DNA of 64,000 nucleotides from Verrucomicrobiota bacterium (lineage in GTDB: Bacteria; Verrucomicrobiota; Verrucomicrobiia; Limisphaerales; AAA164-E04): NCBI GenBank assembly GCA_047947115.1, contig CP170459.1, forward strand, positions 320,001 to 384,000. Direction: 5' to 3'. Positions within the stretch are counted from its first letter, which is position 1. Every line of letters begins with the position of its first letter. The position numbers and the translations under genes are program-made. Under the pieces are notes generated by a model. That model saw only the letters and a program-made list of their open reading frames with translations. It was not told the DNA's origin and searched no databases. Below are positions 63,068 through 64,000 of the stretch, one piece after another.

Positions 63068-63667
63068 TCAAATCTGCTTGGGTAAAACGCCAAAACGTCG
63101 CCCCTGCTCCTGAGCAAACGCCAGAGCCAAAGCAAGAGCGTCGGCAGCGTCAGCATCAGGCACTTCATCGAGAGACAGCATGCGCTGCACCATTTTGGCA
63201 ACCGCTATTTTTTGAGCATTCCCATAGCCGACGATTGCCTGCTTAACCTTTCGCGGGGCCATCTCATAAATCTCCAAACCCAGACTCCCTGCGGCCACCA
63301 ATGCAGCGCCTCGCGCCTCCCCCATAACCAAAGCCGTACGATAATTCTGAGCATAAAACAGTCCTTCAATCGCACAAGCCGTAGGTTGATATTTCAGAAT
63401 AGCCTCCCGCAATACATCATGAATGCGAGCCAAACACCGGGAGTTTTTCCAATCCTTCTTGCACACAATCGTCCCCTGCTCCAAAATGATGGACCGCCCT
63501 TGGTCCCACTGAATCAGCCCAAAACCCGTCCCCCTCAATGAGGGATCGATCCCAATGATGACTTTGTGCTGTGGGGCTGCTCCGGCAGCTTTTGTATCGG
63601 CTGCCTTTTTACCGCCGCCGGTCATTCGACCGACCATTTGCTCATACTGTTTGGCGCTGATGGCCAT
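63068..63667 (-). CDS. ruvC: Crossover junction endodeoxyribonuclease RuvC
   Basis: IGIDPS, AIEGLF, GEARG, VKQAIVGYGNAQK, DAADALA. Confidence 0.95.
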   Translation of the reverse strand: MAISAKQYEQMVGRMTGGGKKAADTKAAGAAPQHKVIIGIDPSLRGTGFGLIQWDQGRSIILEQGTIVCKKDWKNSRCLARIHDVLREAILKYQPTACAIEGLFYAQNYRTALVMGEARGAALVAAGSLGLEIYEMAPRKVKQAIVGYGNAQKIAVAKMVQRMLSLDEVPDADAADALALALAFAQEQGRRFGVLPKQI

Positions 63668-64000
63668 TTAGGCTTCCAAGTATTTAAAAATATCCCGATA
63701 AAAATCAGCGTGGCTCTCCCAGGTCTGAGCCGTGATGAACTGTCCATCCACCACACTCTCCTTGTTCACCCATTTGCCGCCGGCCAATTCGACTTCGAGC
63801 CGAACGTTGCAATAACAGGTTACCTTTTTCCCCTCGCAAAGCCCCGCGGCAATGAGAATCTGAATCCCATGGCAAATGGCAAACAACCCCTTGCCTCCTT
63901 TGTGGAAATCCTTAACCAATTTGATGAGAGACTTTTCATGCCGAAGAAATTCAGGCGCACGGCCCCCGATCAGAACCATCCCTGCATACTCCTTGGGTTT
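63668..64000 (-). CDS. DJ-1/PfpI family protein; 5'-partial
   Basis: GGRAPE, AICHG; frame runs off the window end. Confidence 0.85.
   Translation of the reverse strand, partial: KPKEYAGMVLIGGRAPEFLRHEKSLIKLVKDFHKGGKGLFAICHGIQILIAAGLCEGKKVTCYCNVRLEVELAGGKWVNKESVVDGQFITAQTWESHADFYRDIFKYLEA

Overview
Bacterial chromosomal window, moderately GC-rich. Its gene content looks PVC-superphylum, most like Verrucomicrobia (inference): a sulfatase, an FGE protein, PVC-type heme/HEAT proteins, a DUF1549/1553-DUF1501-WD40 cluster, an H-X9-DG prepilin-like protein, and cysS, tmk, ruvA and ruvC. The main accessory feature is a ~14 kb AT-rich island (21634-35704) bounded by two identical, complete tRNA-Tyr(GTA) genes. 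It carries convergent tyrosine integrases at its ends, three ISL3 copies (two as a tandem dimer with a 5-bp spacer), two secreted hypothetical proteins, and a very AT-rich metallo-beta-lactamase-fold gene flanked by 130-bp direct repeats of the integrase-2 3' end. It also holds three related multi-hairpin elements and iteron-like repeats. Most intriguing: the left integrase has no in-frame start after the tRNA, its frame is open through the whole tRNA, and a promoter plus in-frame ATG lie just before the right tRNA copy. Excision would therefore assemble a complete integrase gene across the tRNA; a one-base indel at 21785 is the main alternative explanation. All calls come from reading the sequence; no searches were run.
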